A model generated the notes under the pieces. It ran no database searches. It had not been told where the DNA came from and was given only the letters and a program-made list of their open reading frames with translations. From assembly GCA_963665115.1 (NCBI GenBank), contig OY762007.1:4000001-4064000 (forward strand): a DNA stretch of 64,000 nucleotides, in the 5' to 3' direction. The stretch comes from an uncultured Rivularia sp. Lineage in GTDB: Bacteria; Cyanobacteriota; Cyanobacteriia; Cyanobacteriales; Nostocaceae. A program made the position numbers and the translations under genes. Below, piece by piece: positions 44,479 to 54,248 of the stretch (position 1 is its first letter; the number at the start of each line of letters is the position of its first letter).

Positions 44479-44732
44479 ATGAAAATTGACCACGACCGTT
44501 TGTTTAAAGAATTAATTTCAACATTTTTTATTGAATTTTTAGAATTATTCTTACCGTGAGTTGCGAGAGATATTGATAGAGATTCGATTCAATTTTTACC
44601 GCAGGAAGTTTTTACCGATGTGACTTCCTGGGATGAAAAAGAAGGATGATGGTGGAAGTTACGGTACAACTGACTGGGTTAACTTTGGAGCGAGTGCTTA
44701 CGTTGCAAGCGCAGTTACAAAAGGAAAGTTAG
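44479..44732 (+). pseudogene. Rpn-family (PD-(D/E)XK nuclease/putative transposase) remnant
   Basis: MKIDHDRLFKELISTFFIEFLELFLP*VARDIDRDSIQFLPQEVFTDVTS with an internal stop, followed by tail MMVEVTVQLTGLTLERVLTLQAQLQKES*. Confidence 0.7.
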
Positions 44733-44822
44733 AGAATTTCATCTGAAGGATATAAATAAAGTTAAGGGTTAAGGATAATAATTCTTAACTATTAACTCCT
44801 AACTCCCAACTCCTAACTAAAA

Positions 44823-47800
44823 TTAACGATTTGCTGGAACCCTACCATTTTCTTCCAAAGCTTCAACTCTTTCATCTTCCCTTTTAGAAGGCATTAATTG
44901 CTCTCGCAAAGACACAATGACAATATATAAAATGGGTACTACAAACAAACTTAAGAACGTAGCAACAAACATTCCTCCAAACACGGCAGTACCTAAAGAT
45001 TGACGACTACCAGCACCAGCACCCTTTGCAATTAATAAAGGAAAAATCCCCAGCAAAGTTGATAAAGCAGTCATCAAAATTGGTCGTAAACGTTCTTGCG
45101 CTGCTCTGACTGCTGCCTTACTAATGGCAAGTCCTTCTTCTCTTAATTGATTGGCAAATTCCACAATCAAGATGGCATTTTTAGAAGCCAAACCAATCAA
45201 CATTACTAAACCAACTTGACAAAAAACATCATTTTCTAAACCTCTAAAATATTGAGCCGATAGCGCTCCCAGAATAGCTAAGGGAACTGAAAGCATAATA
45301 ATTAAAGGGTCAATATAGTTTTCGTATTGTGCTGCTAATACTAAAAATACAAAAACAAGTCCCAAACCAAAGATTAAGGGTGCTTGTCCCCCGGATTCCT
45401 TTTCTTCTGCTGAAATCCCAGCCCATTCGTAACCAAAAGTTCTCGGTAAAACTTGTGCAGCAACTTCCTCCATTGCGTCTAAAGCTTGTCCGGAACTGTA
45501 ACCGGGTGCTGTTTGACCATTGATTTCAATGGAACGATAGAGGTTGTAATGGTTAATAGTTTGCGCTCCGGTAGTTGAAGTAACTGTTACTAAGTTACTC
45601 ATGGGAATCATTTGATTATTTTGGGAGCGAACATATAATTTATCAATATCTTCTGGATTGGAACGATATTGAGCATCTGCTTGTACGTAAACTCGATAAG
45701 TTCGCTGTTCCAAATTGAAATCGTTAACGTACCTCGAACCGATATAAGTTTGCAAAGTACTAAAAATATCGTCAATATCTACTTGTAATGCTTTGGCTCG
45801 ATTGCGGTTGACTTCAATCAGCAATTGCGGCATATTAGCCGAAAAAGTGCTGAAAGCAGCTTGTATTTCTTCTCTTTGACTAGCTGCTCCAATTAATTCT
45901 CCCATTTCTTCAAGCATTCTAGCTAAGCTACTATTACCTCTTCTATCCTGCAACTGAAATTGAAAGCCGCTAAAACTACCTAATCCTTGAATAGATGGAG
46001 GATTAACTGCAAAAACTCTTGCATCGGTAATACTCCCAAACTTTTGCATTAATCTACCAATAATTTCCGGAGATGACTGTCCTTTTGCCGTCCTCTCTCC
46101 CCAAGGTTTCAAAGTTGTAAAAATTACGCCGCTATTAGCAGTGCTACCGCTAAAACCAAAACCACCGATCGCAAAAGTTCCTACTACTTCCGGTAATTCT
46201 AAGATTTGCTGTTCTACCTGTTGCATCACCTTACTGGTGTAGTTCAGCGAAACTCCTTCTGGTCCTTGAATAATCGTAATAAAATAACCTTGGTCTTCTT
46301 CCGGTAAAAAAGCTTGAGGAACTATAGTATAAAGCCAACCTGTTGTTACTAGTAATGCCGCAAATACTACTAATACTAAAAATTTAAAATGCGTCAAACG
46401 TTCCAATAGAAATGAATATCCATCCCGCAACGAATCTAGAAACCAGTTGATAGCATCAAAAATTTTATTCAGAAAACCACCACTACTCGTTTTTCTTCTG
46501 AATAATAATCCCGATAAAGCAGGAGTCAAAGTTAAGGCTAAGAAAGTGGAAATTACTACAGCAAAGGCAATTGTCAGCGCAAATTGTCGGTAAATTTTAC
46601 CTGTAGAACCGGGAAAGAATGCTACCGGAATAAATACTGCCATCAAGACTAGAGAGGTCGCAATTACGGCTCCAGTCAATTCACGCATCGCAGCAGAAGC
46701 AGCTTCTTTTGGCGACATTTCCTTTTTATTAATCAGACGAGAAATATCTTCAACTACTACAATTGCGTCATCGACAACCATCCCCGTTGCTAAGGTTAAA
46801 CCGAATAAAGTTAAGGTATTAATCGAAAATCCAAAAAGTTTAACAAAGCCAAAAGTACCAATTAACGCTAAAGGTATTGTGACAACTGGAACTATTGTTG
46901 TTCGCCAATCTTGTAAGAAAATAAAGATTACTAAAACAACCAAACCAATAGCTAACAAAAGCGTTTTGATAACTTCCGAAAGCGATTCTTCCACAAAAGC
47001 AGTAGTGTCAAACGCAACTTGATACTGCATTCCCGGTGGAAAATCTTTAGCTAAATTTGCCATTTCCGCTTTTACAGCAGCAGCAACTTCTAAAGCATTA
47101 CTTCCAGGAGTGGGGAATATTCCCACACCTACCCCTTCATTACCCTTAAATCTTAAAAATGAATTATAATTTTCCGCTCCTAACTCCGCTCTTCCCACAT
47201 CTTTCAACTTAACTAGAACGCCATTCTCCCCAGTGGTGACGATAATATCCTCAAACTCCGAAGCTTTTTGCAGTCTACTAACAGCGCGTAAGTCGATTTG
47301 ATACATTTGGTCTGGCGGTGTCGGCTGCTGTCCGAGTTGTCCCGCACCTACCTGCACGTTTTGTTCGTTAAGAGCATTAATTACATCTTGAGCCGTTAAA
47401 TTGCGACTTGCTAGACGATTGGGATCGAGCCACAAACGCATAGCATAACGACGTTCCCCAAAGATTTGCGCTCGACTCACACCATTGATTTTCTGTAAAT
47501 TATCTCTTATATAAAGGTCAGCATAATTACTTAAAAAGACGTTGTTAAACTCTTGGTTTTGACTATAAAGACCCATTGCCAAGAGAATGTTACTTGATTC
47601 CTTACTAACAACAACTCCCGTGCGCTGTACAGCTTCCGGTAACTGAGGTTCGGCTAGAGAAACCCGATTTTGTACGTCAACTGCTGCAATATCTTTATTA
47701 CGGGATGAATCAAACGTAACTGTAATTTGACTGGTACCGCTGTTACTGCTGCTCGAAGACATATATTTCAAGCCTTCCACACCATTTAACTGCTGCTCTA

Positions 47801-47996
47801 AAACGGTAGTTACGGTTTTCTCAACAACTTCAGCATTAGCACCAACATAGTTCGCAGTTACATTAATTTGAGTCGGGCTAATCTCCGGATACCTTGCTGT
47901 AGGTAGCGTAGGAATACTGATTGCTCCCACCAACAGAACAATAATCGCGCAAACACTTGTAAAAACAGGTCGCTTAATAAAAAAGTCAGCAAACAT
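44823..47996 (-). CDS. RND efflux permease (HAE1/AcrB family)
   Basis: FFIKRPVF, GMVVDDAIVVVE, GLASKNAILIVEFA, RLRPILMT. Confidence 0.95.
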   Translation of the reverse strand: MFADFFIKRPVFTSVCAIIVLLVGAISIPTLPTARYPEISPTQINVTANYVGANAEVVEKTVTTVLEQQLNGVEGLKYMSSSSSNSGTSQITVTFDSSRNKDIAAVDVQNRVSLAEPQLPEAVQRTGVVVSKESSNILLAMGLYSQNQEFNNVFLSNYADLYIRDNLQKINGVSRAQIFGERRYAMRLWLDPNRLASRNLTAQDVINALNEQNVQVGAGQLGQQPTPPDQMYQIDLRAVSRLQKASEFEDIIVTTGENGVLVKLKDVGRAELGAENYNSFLRFKGNEGVGVGIFPTPGSNALEVAAAVKAEMANLAKDFPPGMQYQVAFDTTAFVEESLSEVIKTLLLAIGLVVLVIFIFLQDWRTTIVPVVTIPLALIGTFGFVKLFGFSINTLTLFGLTLATGMVVDDAIVVVEDISRLINKKEMSPKEAASAAMRELTGAVIATSLVLMAVFIPVAFFPGSTGKIYRQFALTIAFAVVISTFLALTLTPALSGLLFRRKTSSGGFLNKIFDAINWFLDSLRDGYSFLLERLTHFKFLVLVVFAALLVTTGWLYTIVPQAFLPEEDQGYFITIIQGPEGVSLNYTSKVMQQVEQQILELPEVVGTFAIGGFGFSGSTANSGVIFTTLKPWGERTAKGQSSPEIIGRLMQKFGSITDARVFAVNPPSIQGLGSFSGFQFQLQDRRGNSSLARMLEEMGELIGAASQREEIQAAFSTFSANMPQLLIEVNRNRAKALQVDIDDIFSTLQTYIGSRYVNDFNLEQRTYRVYVQADAQYRSNPEDIDKLYVRSQNNQMIPMSNLVTVTSTTGAQTINHYNLYRSIEINGQTAPGYSSGQALDAMEEVAAQVLPRTFGYEWAGISAEEKESGGQAPLIFGLGLVFVFLVLAAQYENYIDPLIIMLSVPLAILGALSAQYFRGLENDVFCQVGLVMLIGLASKNAILIVEFANQLREEGLAISKAAVRAAQERLRPILMTALSTLLGIFPLLIAKGAGAGSRQSLGTAVFGGMFVATFLSLFVVPILYIVIVSLREQLMPSKREDERVEALEENGRVPANR

Positions 47997-48177
47997 AAAA
48001 ATTGTTAGTTGATAGTTGATATTTGATAGTTGTTAGTTGATAGCTGTTAGAAGAGTGGGGTTAAAAGTTATGAAGACGGTTTTTCGTTATTTACCTTTAA
48101 TATGCAGATTCTTGACCTTAGTTACTTGTAAATTCCCATTTTTAATTTCTACTAACCACTAACCACTAACAACTAAC

Positions 48178-49534
48178 TCACTTAGATTCCGGCGCTATTG
48201 GCGCTCCATCTCTTAAATTAAGAATGCCGGAAACTATAATTTTTTCTCCTTGTCTTAATCCTTCTAAAACTTGATAGTTATTGCCGCGAATGTTGCCTAA
48301 TTTTACGCGCTTTTGTTTAGCTATAAATTCTGGATTTGCTTGTGAATCATCTGGTTTTTTGGCAACATATACAAAAGTTTCTCCAGCTAAACGTACTATT
48401 GATGTTGCTGGAATTAAGACACCAGGACGACGCTGCCAAATAACTCTGGCGCGAACGTATTCGTCTGCTCTTAGTTGATTATTAGAGTTTTGAAAAAGTG
48501 CTTTAATTAATATTGATTGAGTATTTTGATTGACATTGGGAGAGATAAAAAATACCTGACTCCTGCCCAAAATTTTTCCTTGATTGTCAACTAACTCTAC
48601 GGGCATTCCTTTACGTAATTCTGCTGCACGCTCTTGAGGTATTGAAATTTCAACTTGTAAGGGATTATTTTGGGTAATACTAGTTAGTTGCGAAGAAGTA
48701 TTCACAACATCGCCTTGCTTAACTAGCAAATCGCCAACTTTACCTGCAATCGGAGCGGAAACAGTATAGTACTGAAGTTGGACTTGTTGTTGTTTGGTAT
48801 TTGCTTGAGCTTGTTCTAATGATTTTTCGGCTTGATTAATTGAAGCTTGTTGCGCTTGTATTTGAGCATCAATTGCATTCAACTTAGCCTTTGCTATCGC
48901 AAGTCTATTCACATATTGCTGCCTGGTTTGTTGCGATACCGCTCCTTGGGCTGCCAAACTTGTATATCTTTCGTATTCCTGCTGATTCAAATTTACATCG
49001 GCAACATTAGATAATCTCTCAGCTTGCAAAGACTTCAAGGTGGCGATCGCATTTTGTAATTGAGAACGAGCCGCTTGTGCTGCTGCATCAACACTGTTAA
49101 CTGCTGCTTGTTGTTGCCTCGAATCAATCTGCATTACTGGCTTGCCCGTTTGCACCTCATCTCCTGAATTTACGAAAATCTTCGTAATTCTTCCTTGTAT
49201 TTGAGGTTGAAGAGTTACCGATTGCCGCGATTCTAATCGAGCAATATATTCATCTCTATTTTCAATTATCCCAGATTCTACTGTGGCTAATTTGACTGGG
49301 ACTTTTTGGGATTGAGGATTTTGTCCGGCAGGTTTTTGCTCTCCTCCAGACATCATACGAACTGCTAAAATGCCACCGCCGCCTAACAGTAGTGCAGCAA
49401 GCAATAACCAAAACCACCATCGTTTTTTACGAGGTGGCTCGGGAATTTTTTCTGGTTCGTTCTCGTCATCTACAATTACAGGTTTCTGGTGGTAGAGATT
49501 CTGGTGGTAGAGATTTTGGTGGTAGAGATGTCAT
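48178..49534 (-). CDS. RND periplasmic adaptor (MFP), apparent +1 frameshift at about 49483
   Basis: Lipoyl/coiled-coil MFP. ATG at 49534 (MTSLPPKSLPPESLPPE) joins PVIVDDENEPEKIPEPPRKKRWWFWLLL after removing one base. Confidence 0.85.
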
Positions 49535-49595
49535 GATTAACTACGGAATTATACAAAGAAAACAATCCGTAAATAAAGCTTTAATCATCCGGCTT

Positions 49596-49727
49596 CTAGT
49601 ACTTCACCACATTGATTTTGCGGGGTAATCAAAATGTAGTGGGAGCGTCTCGCTCCCTCGTGACAACCAGCGAGCTTTCCGGCTCGCACTCCCAACACCC
49701 CGCTGAATTATCGTGGTTGGGTACTAG
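49596..49727. mobile_element. MITE-like element with about 31-bp imperfect TIRs and CTAG ends
   Basis: CTAGTACTTCACCACATTGATTTTGCGGGGT versus right-end revcomp CTAGTACCCAACCACGATAATTCAGCGGGGT. Confidence 0.7.
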
Positions 49728-50130
49728 TCACATTATTTACTAGTACTTTGGAACGAAAAAAATATTTACTACTTCACAGATTGTTTTTACGTTCCCTAAA
49801 GAGTCAATTTACTAAATTCTTGGTTCAACTGATGTTAATAGGATAGATCGCATACATCGCAACTCGGTTCAGCATTTACTCGTATTTTAATCTAGTTCAA
49901 TCTAAAATACACCCCGATCGATAAATGCTTATTCTACCGTTATATAAATAGTATTAACAACTTACAATACAGTTTTATGAGTGTCTTTTCAATTTTAGAG
50001 ACAAACTTTGTATCTTAGTTAAATCTTAAATAATACTGGCATAGAAAATAGTGATGTATCAAATAGCCTTATGGAAGTTGTATAAATAGCAAGACTATGG
50101 TATGTAAGTTGCGTTTGTTGGATAAAAAAA

Positions 50131-50157
50131 TGGTGCGTAATAAATATTGACGCACCA
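50131..50157. terminator. Hairpin downstream of pirin gene (terminator or REP-like)
   Basis: TGGTGCGT...ACGCACCA with an A-run on its left (T-run on the minus strand). Confidence 0.45.
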
Positions 50158-50222
50158 TAAGGGTTTATTAAATCGAACTACTGGTAATAAAGCCAGTTTC
50201 TGACAAAGATTTTGGATTTAAA

Positions 50223-50939
50223 TCAACCCAAATCAAAGAGTAAAATTTCTCCTCCTACATTGGTAGTCATTTCCAATTCTGTTTCACCATCGATTTCTAC
50301 TCCATCACCTGCTCTTAATTCTTCACCGTTTAGATTTACAACACCTTTAGCGATATGCAGCCAAGTATAACGATTAGGTTGAGCGTGATAATTAATCTTG
50401 TCTTCAGGCTGCAAAATCGAAGTATATAAATCTACGTCTTGATATACTTTTACAGCACCATCTCTAGCATCATGTGCGGCAATTAAACGTAATTGTCCCG
50501 TTCTTTCTTCAGTGGAAAAAGCTTTTTGTTCGTATCTAGGCTTGAGATTTTTCTTGTCTGGAAGAATCCAAATTTGTAGAAAGTGAACGGGTTCAGATTT
50601 GGAATGATTAAATTCGCTGTGCATAATTCCAGTACCAGCACTCATAATTTGTGCTTCACCAGGACGAATTACCGAACCAGTTCCCAAACTATCCTTATGT
50701 TCTAACGCTCCTTCTAAAACGTAAGTGAGGATTTCCATATCTCGATGACCGTGAGTAGGAAAACCAGCCCCACCAATAACTCTGTCATCGTTTATTACTC
50801 GTAAAGAACGAAATCCCAAACGGTTGGGGTCGTAAAAACCACCGAAAGAAAAACTATGAGAACTATCGAGCCAACCTATCTTAGTGCGGCCGCGAGAATT
50901 TCTGTCATGAATAAGATGGGTTTTAGTAGCTTGAGTCAT
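50223..50939 (-). CDS. Pirin family protein (YhhW-like)
   Basis: WLDSSHSFSF, LRVINDD, HGHRDMEI, MSAGTGIMHSE, LQIWI. Confidence 0.93.
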   Translation of the reverse strand: MTQATKTHLIHDRNSRGRTKIGWLDSSHSFSFGGFYDPNRLGFRSLRVINDDRVIGGAGFPTHGHRDMEILTYVLEGALEHKDSLGTGSVIRPGEAQIMSAGTGIMHSEFNHSKSEPVHFLQIWILPDKKNLKPRYEQKAFSTEERTGQLRLIAAHDARDGAVKVYQDVDLYTSILQPEDKINYHAQPNRYTWLHIAKGVVNLNGEELRAGDGVEIDGETELEMTTNVGGEILLFDLG

Positions 50940-51122
50940 TGATGTACCTCAATTAAATTTTATATTTTTGATTTTTGATTACAAACTGGGAGTTAGGAAT
51001 TAAGAGTTAAAACTCAAAACTTTTTTTCCTTTTCCCTACTTCCTTTTAGAGATTGTTGAATTTAAGTTTATCTTTTAAGTTGCTACTACTTAATGTTAAT
51101 GTATGAATCCATAAAATGAAAA

Positions 51123-51149
51123 GTAGGTACTTGAAAGTGGGGTACTTAC
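51123..51149. promoter_or_regulatory. Candidate operator upstream of pirin
   Basis: GTAGGTAC-N11-GTACTTAC near-perfect inverted repeat. Confidence 0.35.
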
Positions 51150-51192
51150 CAAAAAGTTCCTGTGGCAATCAGATGAAAATTTTCAGATATTA

Positions 51193-51220
51193 AAAAACCC
51201 AGTTTTTTGCAAAACCGGGT
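51193..51220 (-). terminator. Probable terminator downstream of dps
   Basis: ACCCAGTTTT...AAAACCGGGT hairpin with a T-run on the minus strand. Confidence 0.5.
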
Positions 51221-51284
51221 CGATCGTTATATAAAAAATGATTTCAGGACACTATAAAAAACAAAAATCAGCAATTAACAAAAT

Positions 51285-51839
51285 TTAGTTAACACTGGCT
51301 TTTTGTTTGGTCATACCATCTGCTTTGACTTCAGAAACTTGGATATGAGCTTCTAGGAACCAGAGTCGCTTGTCAATGGTACGAGAAATTTCAACGTAAA
51401 GGTCGTTTGTGTCTTGATCGTTGAGTTCGTCAGTTTTGTCAATAGCTTCTCTTAAATGCTTGCCATATGCTGCAAAACGCTCAACTAAAGCAGTTACGTG
51501 TTCCATTCCGCTCAAAATATCGGTGGGATATTCAGGCAATATGGAATCAGCAGCAGCCATACGAACAGTACCGCAAGCATAGCCAGCCAAAGCGGTAACT
51601 CTTTCGGCTACCATATCGATGTATTCTTCAATCTCGGCTGCGATTTCGTCAAACATCTCATGAAGCTGGTAGAAGTCAGTTCCTTTAACGTTCCAGTGCG
51701 CTTGCTTCACTTGGCTTTTCAAATCTGCTGTTGCAGCCAAGCTTTGGTTGAGAAGCGTAACAACCTGGCTTCTTACGTTAACAGGAATATCAATATGAGA
51801 CGGATAAAGACGTGAAGCGAGTTTTCCGTTGTCGCTCAT
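51285..51839 (-). CDS. dps: DNA starvation/stationary phase protection protein
   Basis: KQAHWNVKG, LHEMFDE, DMVAER, DKRLWFLEAH. Confidence 0.95.
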   Translation of the reverse strand: MSDNGKLASRLYPSHIDIPVNVRSQVVTLLNQSLAATADLKSQVKQAHWNVKGTDFYQLHEMFDEIAAEIEEYIDMVAERVTALAGYACGTVRMAAADSILPEYPTDILSGMEHVTALVERFAAYGKHLREAIDKTDELNDQDTNDLYVEISRTIDKRLWFLEAHIQVSEVKADGMTKQKASVN

Positions 51840-52064
51840 GATAATGCATCTCTCTTAGGAACGGTATGTTTTTAGTTTACAATTCTACATTTATGTTTAA
51901 AACTTTCTATCGACTTAGTTATTTAACACACAAAACTCTCTATCGATAGAGGGAACGGAATTTTATAAAGGTTATATCCACCAATATGTTGTTGCAGAGC
52001 GCGTCCTAAAATAGAAACAGGATTTAATATTTATTTACGTATTACAAATTATCAATTCGATTTT

Positions 52065-52469
52065 ATGACCTACCAAGTTATCTACGATGGCAACTGCAAC
52101 CTTTGCGTTACTTTAGTACAAATTTTAGAAAATTTAGATAAAGGTCAAATATTTAGCTACATCCCCATGCAGGATGAGCAAACACTGCAAAAGTGGAACG
52201 TTACATCCACTGACTGCGAATTGGGAATGATTTTAATTGATGCAGATGCTCCTCAAAGACGCTGGCAAGGTAGTGCGGCAGCAGAAGAAATAGGACGATT
52301 ATTACCTGCGGGAAAAGTATTTGTTGATGCCTATCGGGCTCTGCCGGGACTAAAATGGGCTGGTGATAGATTTTATGAACAAATTCGCGATAACCGCTAC
52401 ACAATTTTTGGCAAGCGCGACGGTACATATCAATCCTCTTACTGTAGCGATGGCAATTGCCGCTACTAA
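52065..52469 (+). CDS. DCC1-like thiol-disulfide oxidoreductase (DUF393)
   Basis: VIYDGNCNLC; YEQIRDNRY. Confidence 0.87.
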   Translation: MTYQVIYDGNCNLCVTLVQILENLDKGQIFSYIPMQDEQTLQKWNVTSTDCELGMILIDADAPQRRWQGSAAAEEIGRLLPAGKVFVDAYRALPGLKWAGDRFYEQIRDNRYTIFGKRDGTYQSSYCSDGNCRY

Positions 52470-52571
52470 TATGGTTCGTTTTTTCCGCAATTGTCGGGAG
52501 ACGTAGCAATGCTACGTCTCTACAACTCTTCGGTGTAGAAAAACCGTGTTTCCTTAAGAATTCACTTTGTA

Positions 52572-53012
52572 TTAATTATTTTTATTTTCCGAATTGCTGT
52601 TAAACACTTCTAAAATTTGGCGACAAAAATCTTTTAATTTGTCCCTCTTTTCTTCAGAAGGCTTGAGGTTGCCTACAAAATTCCAATTTTCCACCGTAGA
52701 AACCTTCCACTGTTCCCCACGATGATCGAATCCAGCGACTTCCACACCAATTGCACGACGCAACCCATTAACAGGATCTTGATAAAAACGAATTTGAGTC
52801 AAGATACTGCGACTTTGCCAAGATTTACTGACACCAGGAAAGTGGAACCCAATATCAATAGAATCTGGATCTACTAATTCCATTGTTTGTTCATCACTTC
52901 TCCAAGGCTTTAAGTCTGACTTTGCGTCGGGAAACTCAAGCTTAAACAAATTAACTACCGCAGCAATTTTACTAGCAAATTCAAGATTCGTTGCCATTTC
53001 AGATGCGTTCAC
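52572..53012 (-). CDS. Conserved cyanobacterial hypothetical protein
   Basis: 146-aa ORF with DLKPW...DPDSIDIGFHFPG; GGAG RBS. Confidence 0.75.
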   Translation of the reverse strand: MNASEMATNLEFASKIAAVVNLFKLEFPDAKSDLKPWRSDEQTMELVDPDSIDIGFHFPGVSKSWQSRSILTQIRFYQDPVNGLRRAIGVEVAGFDHRGEQWKVSTVENWNFVGNLKPSEEKRDKLKDFCRQILEVFNSNSENKNN

Positions 53013-53333
53013 GAAAATACTCCCCTTTCTTATCTAGAGGCTAATGTCAAGAAGGTTACGATTGCTTCTAAACGCCAAAAGGCTGACGTTATTAGTGTTT
53101 CAGCTTATCAAGCCTTTTTTGATTAAAGCAACGATAAATCAAACTTTTTTATTAAAATATCGGGAGTTAGGAGTTGGAAGTTGGAAGTTGGAAGTTAGGA
53201 GTTGGAAGTTAGGAGTTAAGAGTTAGAAGTAGTACTACTCCGCCATTAAATATGATGGCTTTGTTTATTTACTAGCGAGCGAGACGCATGTCCTGACGGA
53301 CACACTATGCCCTTCGGGCACGCTTCGCTAACT

Positions 53334-53505
53334 ACTATTTCGGCAGGTAGAACTTTGATTACCCCGCAAAATTATTCGTAGTGGGAGCGTCTCGCTCCCT
53401 GGAGATAACGAGCAATGAAATAACTATTCGGGCAGGTAGAACCTTGATTACCCTGCAAAATTATTCGTAGTGGGAGCGTCTCGCTCCCTGGAAATAACGA
53501 GCAAC
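53334..53505. repeat. 89-bp tandem duplication of a MITE/REP composite
   Basis: Two near-identical copies starting at 53334 and 53423. Confidence 0.85.
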
Positions 53506-53679
53506 GGAATCGATAATAAAGTAATTGTACTTAGAAAATTTCAATAAATAAAATCTTTCTTCTTATCAAAAAGCAGGTAACAGCACAAAAATTTATCAAA
53601 ATCTATTGGCAATCGGTAACGATTAACTACCTCAACAAGCTAGAATTACTGTGTTAATTGCCAGATAAATAAGTTCGAT

Positions 53680-54144
53680 ATGTCGCGTCTACGCCCCGTT
53701 TTTTCGTTAATACTAGTATCTTTAGCAACATTACTTATCAGTTGTGGCGGCCCTAATGTCGCTGTAGCACCTCCAAGCTATACTCAATCGCAAATAGAGA
53801 AAATTCAGGAATACGTACCTGACATCGTAGCCGTACAAGAACGTGGTTCTGAATTGCAAAAGTTTATTCAAAATAAAGATTGGGTGGATGTTGACACTTT
53901 TATACATGGCCCGATGGCAGAAGCAAGGTTGAATATGAACTATGTTGTTTCTAATCTTTTGCCGGAACAACAAAAACAAGCACGCACAATTGTACGAGAT
54001 ATGTTCAATAATCTCGTAAAAATTGACCAAGCGACTGGTGAAGCCAATGCCCAAAAAGCTCTGAGTGCTTATGATGCGGCTTTCGCTGATATTAACCAGT
54101 TTTTGGATTTAATCCCAGCAAAGACTGTATCTGATGAAGCGTAA
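53680..54144 (+). CDS. psbQ: Photosystem II lipoprotein PsbQ (CyanoQ)
   Basis: Lipobox LISC; WVDVDTFIHGPM. Confidence 0.9.
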   Translation: MSRLRPVFSLILVSLATLLISCGGPNVAVAPPSYTQSQIEKIQEYVPDIVAVQERGSELQKFIQNKDWVDVDTFIHGPMAEARLNMNYVVSNLLPEQQKQARTIVRDMFNNLVKIDQATGEANAQKALSAYDAAFADINQFLDLIPAKTVSDEA

Positions 54145-54248
54145 AAGCTTTTGCAGTCATTGGTAAACAATTTAGTTGAGATTTAGCGGTTAAAATCTGA
54201 CGTTGTATGAAAAGGAGACGTTGCATTGCAACGTCTCTACATTAATTT

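Noticed and set aside
49486..49530. 15-bp triple repeat (SLPP[KE]) at the RND adaptor N-terminus
   Set aside because: Ordinary low-complexity expansion in a disordered cytoplasmic tail.
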